Origin: Alphaproteobacteria bacterium | Lineage (GTDB): Bacteria; Pseudomonadota; Alphaproteobacteria; UBA6615 | Assembly: GCA_002727315.1 (NCBI GenBank) | Contig: PBWR01000023.1 | Span: forward strand, 100,722 to 164,721 | Direction of reading: 5' to 3' | DNA: 64,000 nt | Shown: one piece after another, positions 49,622-59,670 of the stretch | Layout of the letters: the number at the start of each line of letters is the position of its first letter | How positions within the stretch are numbered: the first letter of the stretch is position 1 | Position numbers and translations under genes: made by a program | The notes under the pieces: model-generated | What the model saw: the letters and a program-made list of their open reading frames with translations, nothing else | What the model was told of the DNA's origin: nothing | The model's database searches: none

Positions 49622-50839
49622 TCAGTCGAGCTGTATCATCTGACCCTTGAGGTAGCCGGTCTCCGGGAGGAACGGATGCACGGGATGGTCAGGTGCGGCG
49701 CCGGAGCTGCGCAGGATGCGGCCCGTCCGTCCGGCATCCGCGAGTGCGCGGCGCACGGCCTCAGTGAAACTTGGGGCATCGACATGGTGCGAGCAGGAGG
49801 CCGCAAATAGGTAACCGCCCGGAGCGACAGCCTGGGCCGCAAGCCGGAACAGCTTGCGATAGCCGCGAATGCCCGTTTGGTAGTCTTTCTTCGATTTCAC
49901 GAACGCGGGCGGGTCCGCGACGACGATGTCGAAGGTCTCGTTCTCGGCAGCGAGCCCATGCAGCAATTGGAATGCATCGCCCCGGGTGGTCGAGAACCGA
50001 TCCGCGACCCCGTTCTTCGCCGCGGCACGGGTGGCAAAATCGAGCGCCGACTGGGATCGGTCGAATGCGTGAACTTCGCGCGCGCCCGCGAGCGCAGAAC
50101 TCACGGCGAACCCGCCGGTGTAGGAGTAGAAATCCGCGACCCGGCGGTCCTTCGCGAGGGCAGCGACGAAGTTACGATTGTCCCGCTGATCGTAGAACCA
50201 ACCCGTCTTCTGGCCCTCGCGTGGGTCGGCGAAAAAGATGCCGCTATTTTCCAGCACTTCGATCGGCCCGCCCAGTTCGGCGCCGATGAATCGCGTCTCG
50301 ATCGCCAGGCCTTCGAGATTGCGGACGGCGCTGTCGTTGCGGAAAACAATCGTGGCCGGCGACAGTACGGTCTGGATAGCCTCGGTCAGGGCGTCGGATA
50401 GTTTCTCCATCCCGGCGGTGTTGACCTGGGCGACGCAGACATCGCCGAACCGGTCGACAATCAGGCCGGGTAACCCGTCCGCCTCGGCGTGCACCAGGCG
50501 ATAGTACGGCACCGTATACAGCGCTTCGCGGACCGCAAGCGCTGCCTGCAGCCGGGCCACGAGGAAATCACGGTCGACCACTGCCTCGGGGTTGCGACTG
50601 AAGATGCGTGCAGCGATCAGGGGATGGGGATTGAAAGTGGCGATGCCGAGCGGCCTATTGCTTGCATCTATTACGCGCACCAGCCCGCCGGGTGGCAACG
50701 CCTTCGCCATGGCGTCCATCTCGATTTCGTTCGAGAACACCCAGGGGTGCCCCTGACGCGCGCGTTTGTGGCGGCCCGCCTGGAGACGGACTTCGGGAAT
50801 GTCGGAAACGGTTACGGCCAGAGCTGTCATCGGCGTCAC
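49622..50839 (-). CDS. rlmI: 23S rRNA (cytosine1962-C5)-methyltransferase RlmI-like SAM-dependent methyltransferase
   Basis: PUA-like N-domain plus class I SAM-MTase (DVFCYTGGF-like, DPPAF motif IV). Confidence 0.8.
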   Translation of the reverse strand: MTPMTALAVTVSDIPEVRLQAGRHKRARQGHPWVFSNEIEMDAMAKALPPGGLVRVIDASNRPLGIATFNPHPLIAARIFSRNPEAVVDRDFLVARLQAALAVREALYTVPYYRLVHAEADGLPGLIVDRFGDVCVAQVNTAGMEKLSDALTEAIQTVLSPATIVFRNDSAVRNLEGLAIETRFIGAELGGPIEVLENSGIFFADPREGQKTGWFYDQRDNRNFVAALAKDRRVADFYSYTGGFAVSSALAGAREVHAFDRSQSALDFATRAAAKNGVADRFSTTRGDAFQLLHGLAAENETFDIVVADPPAFVKSKKDYQTGIRGYRKLFRLAAQAVAPGGYLFAASCSHHVDAPSFTEAVRRALADAGRTGRILRSSGAAPDHPVHPFLPETGYLKGQMIQLD

Positions 50840-50884
50840 TCTAAAGTCTTGTCCCCGAAGATTGAACCGCTCTAGCTTGCAGAC

Positions 50885-52174
50885 ATGTCTAGTTTTGAAC
50901 TCGACCCCCTGTTCCGACGCATAGAAGATCGCCGCGAGGAGGTGGCTGCGCTAACGGCCGAGCTCGTCCGCATCCCGACGATCAACCCGCCGGGCGATGC
51001 CTATGAGGCCTGTGCGCGCTTTCTCGGTGAGCGGCTAGCCGGCCGCGGGTTCACGGTCGAGTATCTGCGCGCCGAGGGTGCGGTGGGCGACAGCGACCGC
51101 TATCCGCGCACGAATGTAGTTGCGCGCATCGAGGGCGACGGGCCGGGACCCTGCGTCCATTTCAACAGCCATATCGACGTGGTCGCGCCCGGTGAGGGTT
51201 GGACGGTCGATCCCTTCGCCGGCGTCATCCGGGACGGCCGGGTCTACGGGCGCGGGGCGTGCGATATGAAAGGCGGGCTGGCCGCCAGCATCATTGCGGT
51301 CGAGGCGTTGCTCGATGCCGGCGAGACCTTTTCCGGCGCGATCGAGATTTCGGGCACGGCCGACGAGGAAAGCGGCGGGTACGCCGGTGCGGAGTGGCTT
51401 GCCGAGCGCGGTTACTTCTCCAAGCCACGGGTCGATCACGTGATCATCCCCGAACCCCTCTACAAGGACAGCGTCTGCCTGGGCCATCGCGGGGTCTGGT
51501 GGGCGGAGATCGATGTGAAGGGCCGGATCGCCCACGGCTCGATGCCGTTCCTCGGCGTGTCCGCGATCCGTGGCATGGGCGCGTTCATCGAACGCGTGGA
51601 ACGCGACCTGTATCCCCGCCTGGCGCAGCGTCGGACCGCAATGCCCGTGATCCCCGATGCGGCGCGCCAGTCGACCCTGAACTTCAATTCCATCCATGGC
51701 GGCGCCAAGGCGCAGCCGGACGAGGACGGGTTTGCCGCAGCGCTCGTGGCCGACCGCTGCCGGATCGTGCTCGACCGGCGCTATCTGATGGAGGAAGACG
51801 AGGCGGACGTCCGCGCCGAAGTCGTCGAGATACTCGACACGCTGGCGCGCGAACGGCCGGATTTTTCGTACGAATTGCGCGAGCTCTGGTCGGTGCCGCC
51901 GACCCTGACGCCGCCGGACTTACCTTTGGTACAGGCGCTGGATCGCGGAATCGAGCAGGTGCTGGGACAGAAATCACGCCACGTGGCGTCCCCGGGCACC
52001 TATGATCAGAAACATGTCTGGCGGGTGGGAAAGCTCAAGGATTGTGTTGCTTACGGGCCCGGTATCCTGGAACTGGCGCATCAACCGGACGAGTATATCG
52101 AGATCGACGACATGGTCGCGTCGGCCAAGGTGATGGCCGCGGCGGCACTCGATCTCCTGCGGGGCGGACAATGA
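50885..52174 (+). CDS. M20-family deacylase (ArgE/DapE/acetylornithine deacetylase-like)
   Basis: Motifs HIDVVAPG, GRGACDMKG, GTADEESGG. Confidence 0.8.
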   Translation: MSSFELDPLFRRIEDRREEVAALTAELVRIPTINPPGDAYEACARFLGERLAGRGFTVEYLRAEGAVGDSDRYPRTNVVARIEGDGPGPCVHFNSHIDVVAPGEGWTVDPFAGVIRDGRVYGRGACDMKGGLAASIIAVEALLDAGETFSGAIEISGTADEESGGYAGAEWLAERGYFSKPRVDHVIIPEPLYKDSVCLGHRGVWWAEIDVKGRIAHGSMPFLGVSAIRGMGAFIERVERDLYPRLAQRRTAMPVIPDAARQSTLNFNSIHGGAKAQPDEDGFAAALVADRCRIVLDRRYLMEEDEADVRAEVVEILDTLARERPDFSYELRELWSVPPTLTPPDLPLVQALDRGIEQVLGQKSRHVASPGTYDQKHVWRVGKLKDCVAYGPGILELAHQPDEYIEIDDMVASAKVMAAAALDLLRGGQ

Positions 52175-53214
52175 ACGAAACGGGCAAGAAGAACGCCATA
52201 ACAGATGTGACCGGGCTAACGGTCGGGACGGCCGACGACCCCGGCATCCGGACCGGCGTCACGGTGATCCTGCCCGACGAACGCGCGGTGGCCGCGGTCG
52301 ATGTCCGCGGCGGCGGGACGGGCACGCGCGAACTTGAGCTTCTCGGCGCGGATGGTACGCTGGACGCGGTCGACGCCATCGTCCTGTCCGGCGGATCGGC
52401 GTTCGGGCTTTCGGCGGCCGACGGGGTCATGGGCTGGCTGGCCGATCGGGGCCGCGGTTTCCCGGTCGCCGACCTGCGCGTACCGATCGTCCCGGGGGCG
52501 ATCCTGTTCGACCTTCTCAACGGCGGTGACAAGGCCGCGTTTCGCGCCGCGCCCGACAGTGCATTGCCCTACCGGGACCTGGCCCGCAGCGCCGCGGCCG
52601 GTGCAAGCGATGAGACGGATATCGGAAACGCGGGCGCCGGGTACGGTGCCACGACGACCGGACATGACGGCCGCCCGCTCAAGGGCGGCCAGGGGACGGC
52701 TTCGGCAGTGATCGACGGCTGGATCACGGTCGGCGCGCTTGCGGCGGTCAATGCCCTGGGCTCCACGGTGGGGAGCGATGAGGGCCAGTTCCTGGCCGGG
52801 ATGCATGAGGTGGGCGATGAATTTGGCGGCCTGGGCGGCCCCGCCGCGATCCAAGTGCACGATCATCCCGTGCGGAAATATGCCCACGACGCGGCGGCGT
52901 CGAACACCACGCTGGCCGTCGTGGCGACCGACGCCCGCCTGACCAAGGCCCAGGCACGACGTGTGGCGACGATGGCGCAGGCCGGCCTGGCGCGGGCCAT
53001 CCGCCCGGTGTTCTCGCCGATGGACGGGGATGTGGTCTTCGCCCTATCGACCGGCATGCACGAGATCGAGGATGCCATTGCCGACACGGCGCGGATCGGC
53101 ATGGCCGCCGCGGACTGCCTGGCCCGGGCGGTGGCCCGGGGCGTGTTCGCCGCCCGGGGTTTCGAGGGCTGGCCCGCCTATGCCGACACCTATCCCCGCG
53201 CCGATGGACGCTGA
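52171..53214 (+). CDS. P1 (DmpA/OAT, S58) family aminopeptidase
   Basis: NAITDVTGLTVGTADD.. N-terminus, self-processing-type GSxT region. ATGA overlap with the upstream gene. Confidence 0.75.
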   Translation: MNETGKKNAITDVTGLTVGTADDPGIRTGVTVILPDERAVAAVDVRGGGTGTRELELLGADGTLDAVDAIVLSGGSAFGLSAADGVMGWLADRGRGFPVADLRVPIVPGAILFDLLNGGDKAAFRAAPDSALPYRDLARSAAAGASDETDIGNAGAGYGATTTGHDGRPLKGGQGTASAVIDGWITVGALAAVNALGSTVGSDEGQFLAGMHEVGDEFGGLGGPAAIQVHDHPVRKYAHDAAASNTTLAVVATDARLTKAQARRVATMAQAGLARAIRPVFSPMDGDVVFALSTGMHEIEDAIADTARIGMAAADCLARAVARGVFAARGFEGWPAYADTYPRADGR

Positions 53215-53271
53215 ACCCGAATTCTTGCTATGTTGCGCCGCACAATAATATTCATTCGGGGAATGGTGGAT

Positions 53272-54747
53272 ATGAAGATCACGATGCATGGTGCGGCAAC
53301 TGCGCTCGCTCTGGGCCTTGCCGTTCTGGCCGCGCCGCCTGCGATGGCGCAGTCCAAGGACACTCTCACGCTCGGTTTCACGCTGGAGCCACCGCATCTC
53401 GACCCGTCCGCAGGCGCGGCCGGCGCCATCGATGCGACGGTCTATGCCAACCTGTTCGAGGGTCTGACGCGGATCGACGAGAACGGTGCCGTGCAGCCGC
53501 AGCTGGCGACCAGCTGGACGGTGTCCGACGACGGTCTCGTCTACACCTTCAAGCTCAAGAACGGTGTGACCTTCCACGACGGCACCACCTTCGATGCCGA
53601 TGACGTGGTCTTTTCACTCGATCGCGCGCGGGCGGAAGATTCGGTGAACGCCCAGAAGCAGCTGTTCGCCGCCATCGACAAGGTGGAGGCCGTCGATCCC
53701 GGCACCGTGCGGATCACCCTGTCCCGTCCCGAGGGCGCGCTGCTGTTCAACCTCGGCTGGGGTGATGCGGTTATCGTCGCGCCGGAATCGGCGGACAACA
53801 ACAAGGTCAGCCCGATCGGGACCGGCCCCTACAAGTTCGATCGCTGGGTCAAGGGCGACCGGGTGAAGCTCGTGGCGGTCGACCCGGCGCGCCAGATCCA
53901 GTCGGTGAACTTCCGCTTTATCCCCGACCCTTCAGCCCAGATCGCCGCCCTCAGGGCCGGTGACATCGACGCGATTACCAACCTGAACGCGCCCGAGGCG
54001 GTGATTGCGTTCCAGGCGGATCCGAACTTCGAGGTCTCCATCGGTTCGACCGAGGGTGAGACCATCCTCGCCATGAACAATACGCGCCCGCCGCTCACCG
54101 ATATCCGGGTGCGCCGGGCGATTGCCCACGCGATCGACCGTCAGGCCATTGTCGACGGCGCCATGTTCGGCTTCGGCACTCCGATCGGGTCGCATTTCGC
54201 ACCCCATCACCCGGCCTATGTGGACTTGGTGGCGACCTATCCCCACGACACGGCGAAGGCGCGTGCGTTGCTGGCCGAATCTGGTCAGAGCGATCTGAAA
54301 CTCACACTCAAGCTGCCGCCGCCGACCTATGCGCGCCGCGGCGGAGAGATCATCGCCTCCCAGCTTAAGGATGCCGGGATCGCGGTCGAGATCATTCCTG
54401 TGGAATGGGCCCAATGGCTCGAGCAGGTGTTCCGCGGCACCAATTATGACATGACGATCGTGTCCCATACCGAGCCCATGGATATCGGCATCTATGCCCG
54501 GGACAAGTACTACTTCAACTACGACTCGCCCGCGCTCAAGGCTGTCATGGACAAGCTGAACGCCACGAGCGACCCGAACACACGCAATGCGTTGCTCGGC
54601 GAGGCGCAGAAGATCGTTACCGGCGATTCGGTGAACGCGTTCATGTTCCAACTCGCCCGGCTTGGCGTCTGGCGCAAGGGCTTGAAGGGTATGTGGCGGA
54701 ACGCGCCGGTCCAGGCGACCGACGTGACCGGTGTACGCTGGGAGTAG
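53272..54747 (+). CDS. ABC transporter substrate-binding protein, family 5 (peptide/nickel)
   Basis: Signal peptide MKITMHGAATALALGLAVLAAPPAMA, SBP_bac_5 fold. Confidence 0.85.
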   Translation: MKITMHGAATALALGLAVLAAPPAMAQSKDTLTLGFTLEPPHLDPSAGAAGAIDATVYANLFEGLTRIDENGAVQPQLATSWTVSDDGLVYTFKLKNGVTFHDGTTFDADDVVFSLDRARAEDSVNAQKQLFAAIDKVEAVDPGTVRITLSRPEGALLFNLGWGDAVIVAPESADNNKVSPIGTGPYKFDRWVKGDRVKLVAVDPARQIQSVNFRFIPDPSAQIAALRAGDIDAITNLNAPEAVIAFQADPNFEVSIGSTEGETILAMNNTRPPLTDIRVRRAIAHAIDRQAIVDGAMFGFGTPIGSHFAPHHPAYVDLVATYPHDTAKARALLAESGQSDLKLTLKLPPPTYARRGGEIIASQLKDAGIAVEIIPVEWAQWLEQVFRGTNYDMTIVSHTEPMDIGIYARDKYYFNYDSPALKAVMDKLNATSDPNTRNALLGEAQKIVTGDSVNAFMFQLARLGVWRKGLKGMWRNAPVQATDVTGVRWE

Positions 54748-54774
54748 CCGCCCGGCGCGGATGCGCGAGGGACC

Positions 54775-55722
54775 ATGCTGACCTATATCGTCCGGCGGCT
54801 CATGGTGTTGCTGGTGACCCTCATCGTCGCCAGCCTCGCGATATTCGTGGTCCTGGAGGTCCTGCCGGGTGATCCGGCGCTGCTGGTCCTCGGCATTGAG
54901 GCCCAGGACGATACGCTTGCCGCCCTGCGTGCCCAGATGGGCCTCGATCGCCCCGCCCCGGTCCGATACATCGAGTGGATCGGCGGGCTCGCATCGGGGA
55001 CGACGGGTATCAGCCACACCTATGCCGTTCCCGTGTCCGAGCTTATTGGTGAGCGCCTGGCCGTCACGATCCCGCTGGCGCTGATCGCGCTCATCGTCTC
55101 GACCCTGATCGCCATACCGGTCGGCATGTTCGCGGCAACCCGGCGTGGGCGGACCGGCGATTACGCTGTCATGGGGTTCAGCCAGGTCGGCATGGCCATC
55201 CCCAATTTCTGGTTCGCCATCCTGTCGATCCTGATTTTCGCAGTCGCGCTCGGCTGGTTTCCGGCGTCGGGGTTCCCCGGATGGGACACAGGCTTCGCCA
55301 CCGCGCTATGGGCGCTGGTGCTGCCGGCGCTTTCCCTGGCCTTGCCGGAAGCCGCCATCCTGGCGCGCGTGACGCGCACCTCGGTCCTCGACACGCTGGG
55401 GGCCGACTATGTCCGCACCGCGCACGCCAAGGGCCTCGCGCCGCGGCGGGTGCTGTGGGGCCATGTGTTGCGCAACGCCCTGATCCCGATGACCACCATC
55501 ATTGGCCTGCAGTTCGCATTCCTGCTCGCCGGCTCGATCGTCATCGAGGCGGTCTTCGCCCTGCCGGGTCTGGGCCGCCTGATTTTCCAGTCGGTCAGCC
55601 AGCGTGACCTGGTGGTCCTGCGCGATGTGGTGTTGCTACTGGTCGTGTTCGTCGTTGTCGTCAACTTCCTCGTGGATGTGGCCTATTCGATGATTGATCC
55701 GCGGGCCCGGCGCGCCGCATGA
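54775..55722 (+). CDS. ABC transporter permease (DppB-like)
   Basis: 315 aa, 6 TM, EAA-like loop. Confidence 0.85.
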   Translation: MLTYIVRRLMVLLVTLIVASLAIFVVLEVLPGDPALLVLGIEAQDDTLAALRAQMGLDRPAPVRYIEWIGGLASGTTGISHTYAVPVSELIGERLAVTIPLALIALIVSTLIAIPVGMFAATRRGRTGDYAVMGFSQVGMAIPNFWFAILSILIFAVALGWFPASGFPGWDTGFATALWALVLPALSLALPEAAILARVTRTSVLDTLGADYVRTAHAKGLAPRRVLWGHVLRNALIPMTTIIGLQFAFLLAGSIVIEAVFALPGLGRLIFQSVSQRDLVVLRDVVLLLVVFVVVVNFLVDVAYSMIDPRARRAA

Positions 55723-56585
55723 GCGACGTCGCGACATCTCTCCAGGCTGACCGCTGGTCGCGGGCGATGCGCCACCCGAACTTTCTGATCGGCGCGGTGC
55801 TGACCGGTCTGCTGGCCGCGTTTGCGCTGCTGTCGCTGGTTTGGACACCGCACCCGTTCGACGCGGTCGCCATCAGTGAACGCATGCAGGGGCCGAGCGC
55901 GGCCCATTGGCTGGGCACCGATCATTTCGGCCGCGACATCGCAACCCGGCTGATGATCGGCGCGCGCAACTCGATCGTTGTGGGCGTGGTGGCCGTAGGC
56001 ATCGGGATGCTGGTGGGTGTCACGCTGGGGGTGCTGGCGGCGGCGCGTAGCGGCTGGATCGACGAGATCGTGACCCGCGGGTCCGACGTGGTGTTCGCCT
56101 TTCCCGCGATCGTTTCGGCGATCCTGATCACGGCCATCTTTGGCCCCGGCGCGGTGAATGCGATCATCGCGATCGGTATCTTCAACATTCCCGTCTTTGC
56201 CCGCGTGTCACGCGGCGCGGCGCGCCAGGTCTGGGGCCTGGAATATACCCGCGCCGGGCTCGCCATCGGGAAGAGCAAGGCGGCGGTCACCCGCGACCAT
56301 GTGCTGCCGAACATTGCGTCCGTCCTGATCGTGCAGGCGACGATCCAGTTCGCCGTGGCGATCCTGGCAGAGGCGGCGCTGGCCTATCTCGGTCTAGGCA
56401 CCCAGCCGCCGGCGCCAAGCTGGGGTCGCATGCTGTTCGACGCCCAGACCTTCATGATACTCGATCCCAAGCTGGCGGTCCTGCCGGGTCTGGCGATTGC
56501 CCTGGCCGTGTTGGGGCTGAACCTGCTGGGCGATGGATTGCGCGACGTGCTCGACCCGCGCCTGCGGGCCGAACGGATCGGCTAG
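55719..56585 (+). CDS. ABC transporter permease (DppC-like)
   Basis: 288 aa, overlaps the upstream permease by 4 nt. Confidence 0.85.
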   Translation: MSDVATSLQADRWSRAMRHPNFLIGAVLTGLLAAFALLSLVWTPHPFDAVAISERMQGPSAAHWLGTDHFGRDIATRLMIGARNSIVVGVVAVGIGMLVGVTLGVLAAARSGWIDEIVTRGSDVVFAFPAIVSAILITAIFGPGAVNAIIAIGIFNIPVFARVSRGAARQVWGLEYTRAGLAIGKSKAAVTRDHVLPNIASVLIVQATIQFAVAILAEAALAYLGLGTQPPAPSWGRMLFDAQTFMILDPKLAVLPGLAIALAVLGLNLLGDGLRDVLDPRLRAERIG

Positions 56586-56602
56586 GTGCTGGTTTTGCGC
56601 GT

Positions 56603-57070
56603 CTAGCTTGCCGCGATGGGCTGGACGAACTGCAGCTCCAGGTCCCAGGGAAAGTGAATCCAGGTGTCCTGGCTGACTTCGGTGACGAAGGTGTCGACCA
56701 GGGGCCGGCCGGCGGGTTTCGCGTAGACGGTGGCGAAATGGGCGTTCGGTAGCATCTCGCGCACGATCTTCGCGGTGTTTCCGGTATCGACCAAATCGTC
56801 GACGATCAGCGTATCGTCACCATTGCCTTCGACCATCTTGAGGATCGTGAGATCGCCCTGGGCCTGGTGGTCGTAGGACGACACGCACACCGTGTCCACG
56901 AGCCGAAGCTCGAGCTCGCGCGCGACGATGGCAGCCGGCACCAGGCCGCCGCGGGTGACCGCGACAATCTGCTGCCAGGGACCCTTTTCCTTCAGCCGCC
57001 AGGCAAGCGCCTTGGCGTCACGGTGAAGTTGTTCCCAGGAGACGGGGAAGTCATGCTGTTGGCTGGCCAT
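56603..57070 (-). CDS. gpt: xanthine-guanine phosphoribosyltransferase
   Basis: [16 protein letters not shown]..., PRPP-binding [12 protein letters not shown]. 155 aa. The rest of the 792-aa tool ORF is antisense read-through. Confidence 0.85.
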   Translation of the reverse strand: MASQQHDFPVSWEQLHRDAKALAWRLKEKGPWQQIVAVTRGGLVPAAIVARELELRLVDTVCVSSYDHQAQGDLTILKMVEGNGDDTLIVDDLVDTGNTAKIVREMLPNAHFATVYAKPAGRPLVDTFVTEVSQDTWIHFPWDLELQFVQPIAAS

Positions 57071-57256
57071 GGCGGAACTGTCCTGATCGCGGATATTTGC
57101 AGAGATGCGCATTAAAGCGGGCAGGGGCCGGACACGCAATCGCCCGCATGGCGTGGCACAACGAATAAGTGATCGCCGCGCCGTCATCTGCGCGCTGATA
57201 CGGGCGCGACGGTCCTGGGCCCAGCCGCTATAGTTCGTGTGTCGAGGGAGGATGTG

Positions 57257-59629
57257 ATGACGGTAAGGGAAATTGCCGCCGCCGATGCCGGCCTGCCGGT
57301 GTTCGAGATTGCGGATGCCAAGGAAGCGCCGGACGTGCAGGTGTTTTCCCTGTCGAGCCATGCCCGCGCGCGCGAGGCGCTGCAGTTCGGGCTTGAGGCG
57401 CATGATCCGGGCTTCAACATCTTCGTGGTCGGCGAGGATCGCAGCGGGCGCATGACCGCGACTCTGTCGTTTCTCGAATCCGCCATCGCAGAGGGCGCGG
57501 CCCCCGACGACTGGGTCTACCTGAACAACTTCCGCCGCCCGAACGAGCCGTTGGCCATACATATGCCGGCCGGCCAGGGGCGCAGGTTCCGCGACGCGAT
57601 GGCCAACCTGATTCCCCATCTGCGCGAGGCCCTGCACTTGGCCTTCACCCGGGAAGAATATCAGCAGTGTCTGCACGAAAAGACGGCGGTGATGCGGGGC
57701 GAGATCGGGCAGGCGATCGAGGCGGCGCGGGCGGAGGCGGAGAAATCCGGATTGTCCCTGGCCCAGACACCCCAGGGCCTGATGGTCGTCGCGCTCGACG
57801 ACGAGGGCAACCCGAAGGAGATGGCGAGCCTGCCAGAGGGCGAACGCGCGTCCATGGAAGACGCCGCCCAGCGGGTCAGCCAGATGCTGGCGGAAATCAA
57901 TTGCGATGCGGCCCGGCGCCAGACCCGTCTGGCGGAGGAAACACGCGAGTTCAACCGCGCGGTTGCCGAGTCCGCCGTCGGCGGGCTGGTCGACGAGCTG
58001 ATCGCGCAATTCCGGGATATTCCGGGCCTCAACCGCTGGCTGGTCGGGTTCCGCGTCGACCTGCTTGAGAACCTGGCGCTGTTCCAGGCGCAACCGGAAG
58101 GCGGCGAGGGCGACATGCCGCCGGTCCCGATGCCGAGCCCGGAGGAACGCTACGCGGTCAATCTTCTGGTCGACAATGCCGGGGCCTCGGGACCGCCGAT
58201 CGTGGTCGAGGGAAACCCGACATACGAAAACCTGTTCGGCCGGATCGAATACCGCCAGGTGGCGGGGGTCCTGCAGACCGATTTCTCGCTGATCCAGCCC
58301 GGTGCATTGCATCGTGCCAATGGCGGCATCCTGGTGCTGCGGGCGGAATCGATTGCAGGCCATGCCGAAAGCTGGAACCAGCTTAAGGGCGCGATCCGTG
58401 ATGGCGCGGTGCGGATGGAAGAGCATTACCGGGCCGGCAGCGTGCCCGTGGCCGGGGCGCCGAAGCCCGCGCCCGTGCCCCTCGACGTCAAGGTGGTCAT
58501 CGTCGGCGCGCCCCAATGGTACTACACGTTCTTCTCGGTCGATCCCGAGTTCCAGGCCTACTTTAAGGTCAAGGCCGAGATCGACGGGGACATGGACGCC
58601 ACGCCGGACAATATCGGCTGTTATGCCGGGTTGATTCAGGGGTTCGCCAATGTGCACGGCGCGACCACCTGCACGGCCGATGCGATCGGCTACCTGCTCG
58701 GCTATGCCTCGCGGCTGGCGTCGGACCGGACAAAGCTCTCGGCCCAGTTCGAGCTGATCGAGGATATCGTCAACGAGGCTATCTATGCCGCCCGGGCCGG
58801 CGGCGCGGACCAGGTCGACGGGGACGCGGTCCGCGCGGCGCGCCAGAGCCGGCGCAACCGGAACGCCCGGATCGAGGACCAGACCCAGGAATCGATCCAG
58901 CGCGGGACGGTGATGATTTCGACCTCCGGTGAGGCGGTCGGCCAGATCAACGGGCTGACGGTACGCGATCTCGGCGACCATGCCTTCGGCGCGCCCTCAC
59001 GCGTCACCGCGCGCACATCGATTGGCCGCCGGGGTGTCACCAACATCGAACGCGAGACGCTGCTCGGCGGGCCGATCCAGCAGAAGGGGGCGATGGTCAT
59101 TCACGGGTTCCTGGCGGGCCTGTTCGCCCAGCGCATCCCGCTCTCCTTCAACGCCTCGATCACCTTCGAACAGAATTATGGCGGGGTCGAGGGTGACAGC
59201 GCGTCTCTGGCGGAGGTGCTCGCGATCCTGTCCGACCTAGCGGCCGCGCCATTACGCCAGGACCTGTCCGTAATCGGCTCGGTCAACCAGCGCGGCGAGG
59301 TGCAGGCGATCGGCGGGCTGACCCAGAAGGCCGAGGGGTTCTACCGGACCTGCATCGACGCCGGTGACCTGACGGGCGACCAGGGGGTCGTGTTCCCGCG
59401 CTCGAACGAGCCGGCACTGATCGTCGATGACGATATGGCGGGAGACATCGCGTCGGGCCGCTTCCATGCCTATTCGGTGGCCCATGTCGACGAGGCGATC
59501 GAACTGTTCACCGGCATCCCGGTTGGCGCGCCCGACGCCGACGGCGACTATCCCGAAAGCTCGATCTACGGGCGGGTCGCCGCGAAGCTGGCCGCGTTCG
59601 ACCGCGCGCTAGACGCGCGTGACGAGTAG
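57257..59629 (+). CDS. Lon-like ATP-dependent protease family protein (COG1067/LonB-type AAA+ domain plus C-terminal S16 Lon proteolytic domain)
   Basis: ~790 aa. C-terminal Lon protease Ser (GDSAS) and Lys (TQKAEG) dyad region. ATG at 57257 with GGGAGG SD. Confidence 0.7.
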   Translation: MTVREIAAADAGLPVFEIADAKEAPDVQVFSLSSHARAREALQFGLEAHDPGFNIFVVGEDRSGRMTATLSFLESAIAEGAAPDDWVYLNNFRRPNEPLAIHMPAGQGRRFRDAMANLIPHLREALHLAFTREEYQQCLHEKTAVMRGEIGQAIEAARAEAEKSGLSLAQTPQGLMVVALDDEGNPKEMASLPEGERASMEDAAQRVSQMLAEINCDAARRQTRLAEETREFNRAVAESAVGGLVDELIAQFRDIPGLNRWLVGFRVDLLENLALFQAQPEGGEGDMPPVPMPSPEERYAVNLLVDNAGASGPPIVVEGNPTYENLFGRIEYRQVAGVLQTDFSLIQPGALHRANGGILVLRAESIAGHAESWNQLKGAIRDGAVRMEEHYRAGSVPVAGAPKPAPVPLDVKVVIVGAPQWYYTFFSVDPEFQAYFKVKAEIDGDMDATPDNIGCYAGLIQGFANVHGATTCTADAIGYLLGYASRLASDRTKLSAQFELIEDIVNEAIYAARAGGADQVDGDAVRAARQSRRNRNARIEDQTQESIQRGTVMISTSGEAVGQINGLTVRDLGDHAFGAPSRVTARTSIGRRGVTNIERETLLGGPIQQKGAMVIHGFLAGLFAQRIPLSFNASITFEQNYGGVEGDSASLAEVLAILSDLAAAPLRQDLSVIGSVNQRGEVQAIGGLTQKAEGFYRTCIDAGDLTGDQGVVFPRSNEPALIVDDDMAGDIASGRFHAYSVAHVDEAIELFTGIPVGAPDADGDYPESSIYGRVAAKLAAFDRALDARDE

Positions 59630-59670
59630 CGATTGAGGCGTGTTCGTCGAGGGCCCGACTGGCCCGGCAC

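Noticed and set aside
56603-58981. 792-aa minus-strand ORF
   Set aside because: Only the last 155 codons (56603-57070) are gpt. The remainder is stop-free antisense read-through of the Lon-like gene, which is typical in high-GC DNA, and shows no protein-like features.
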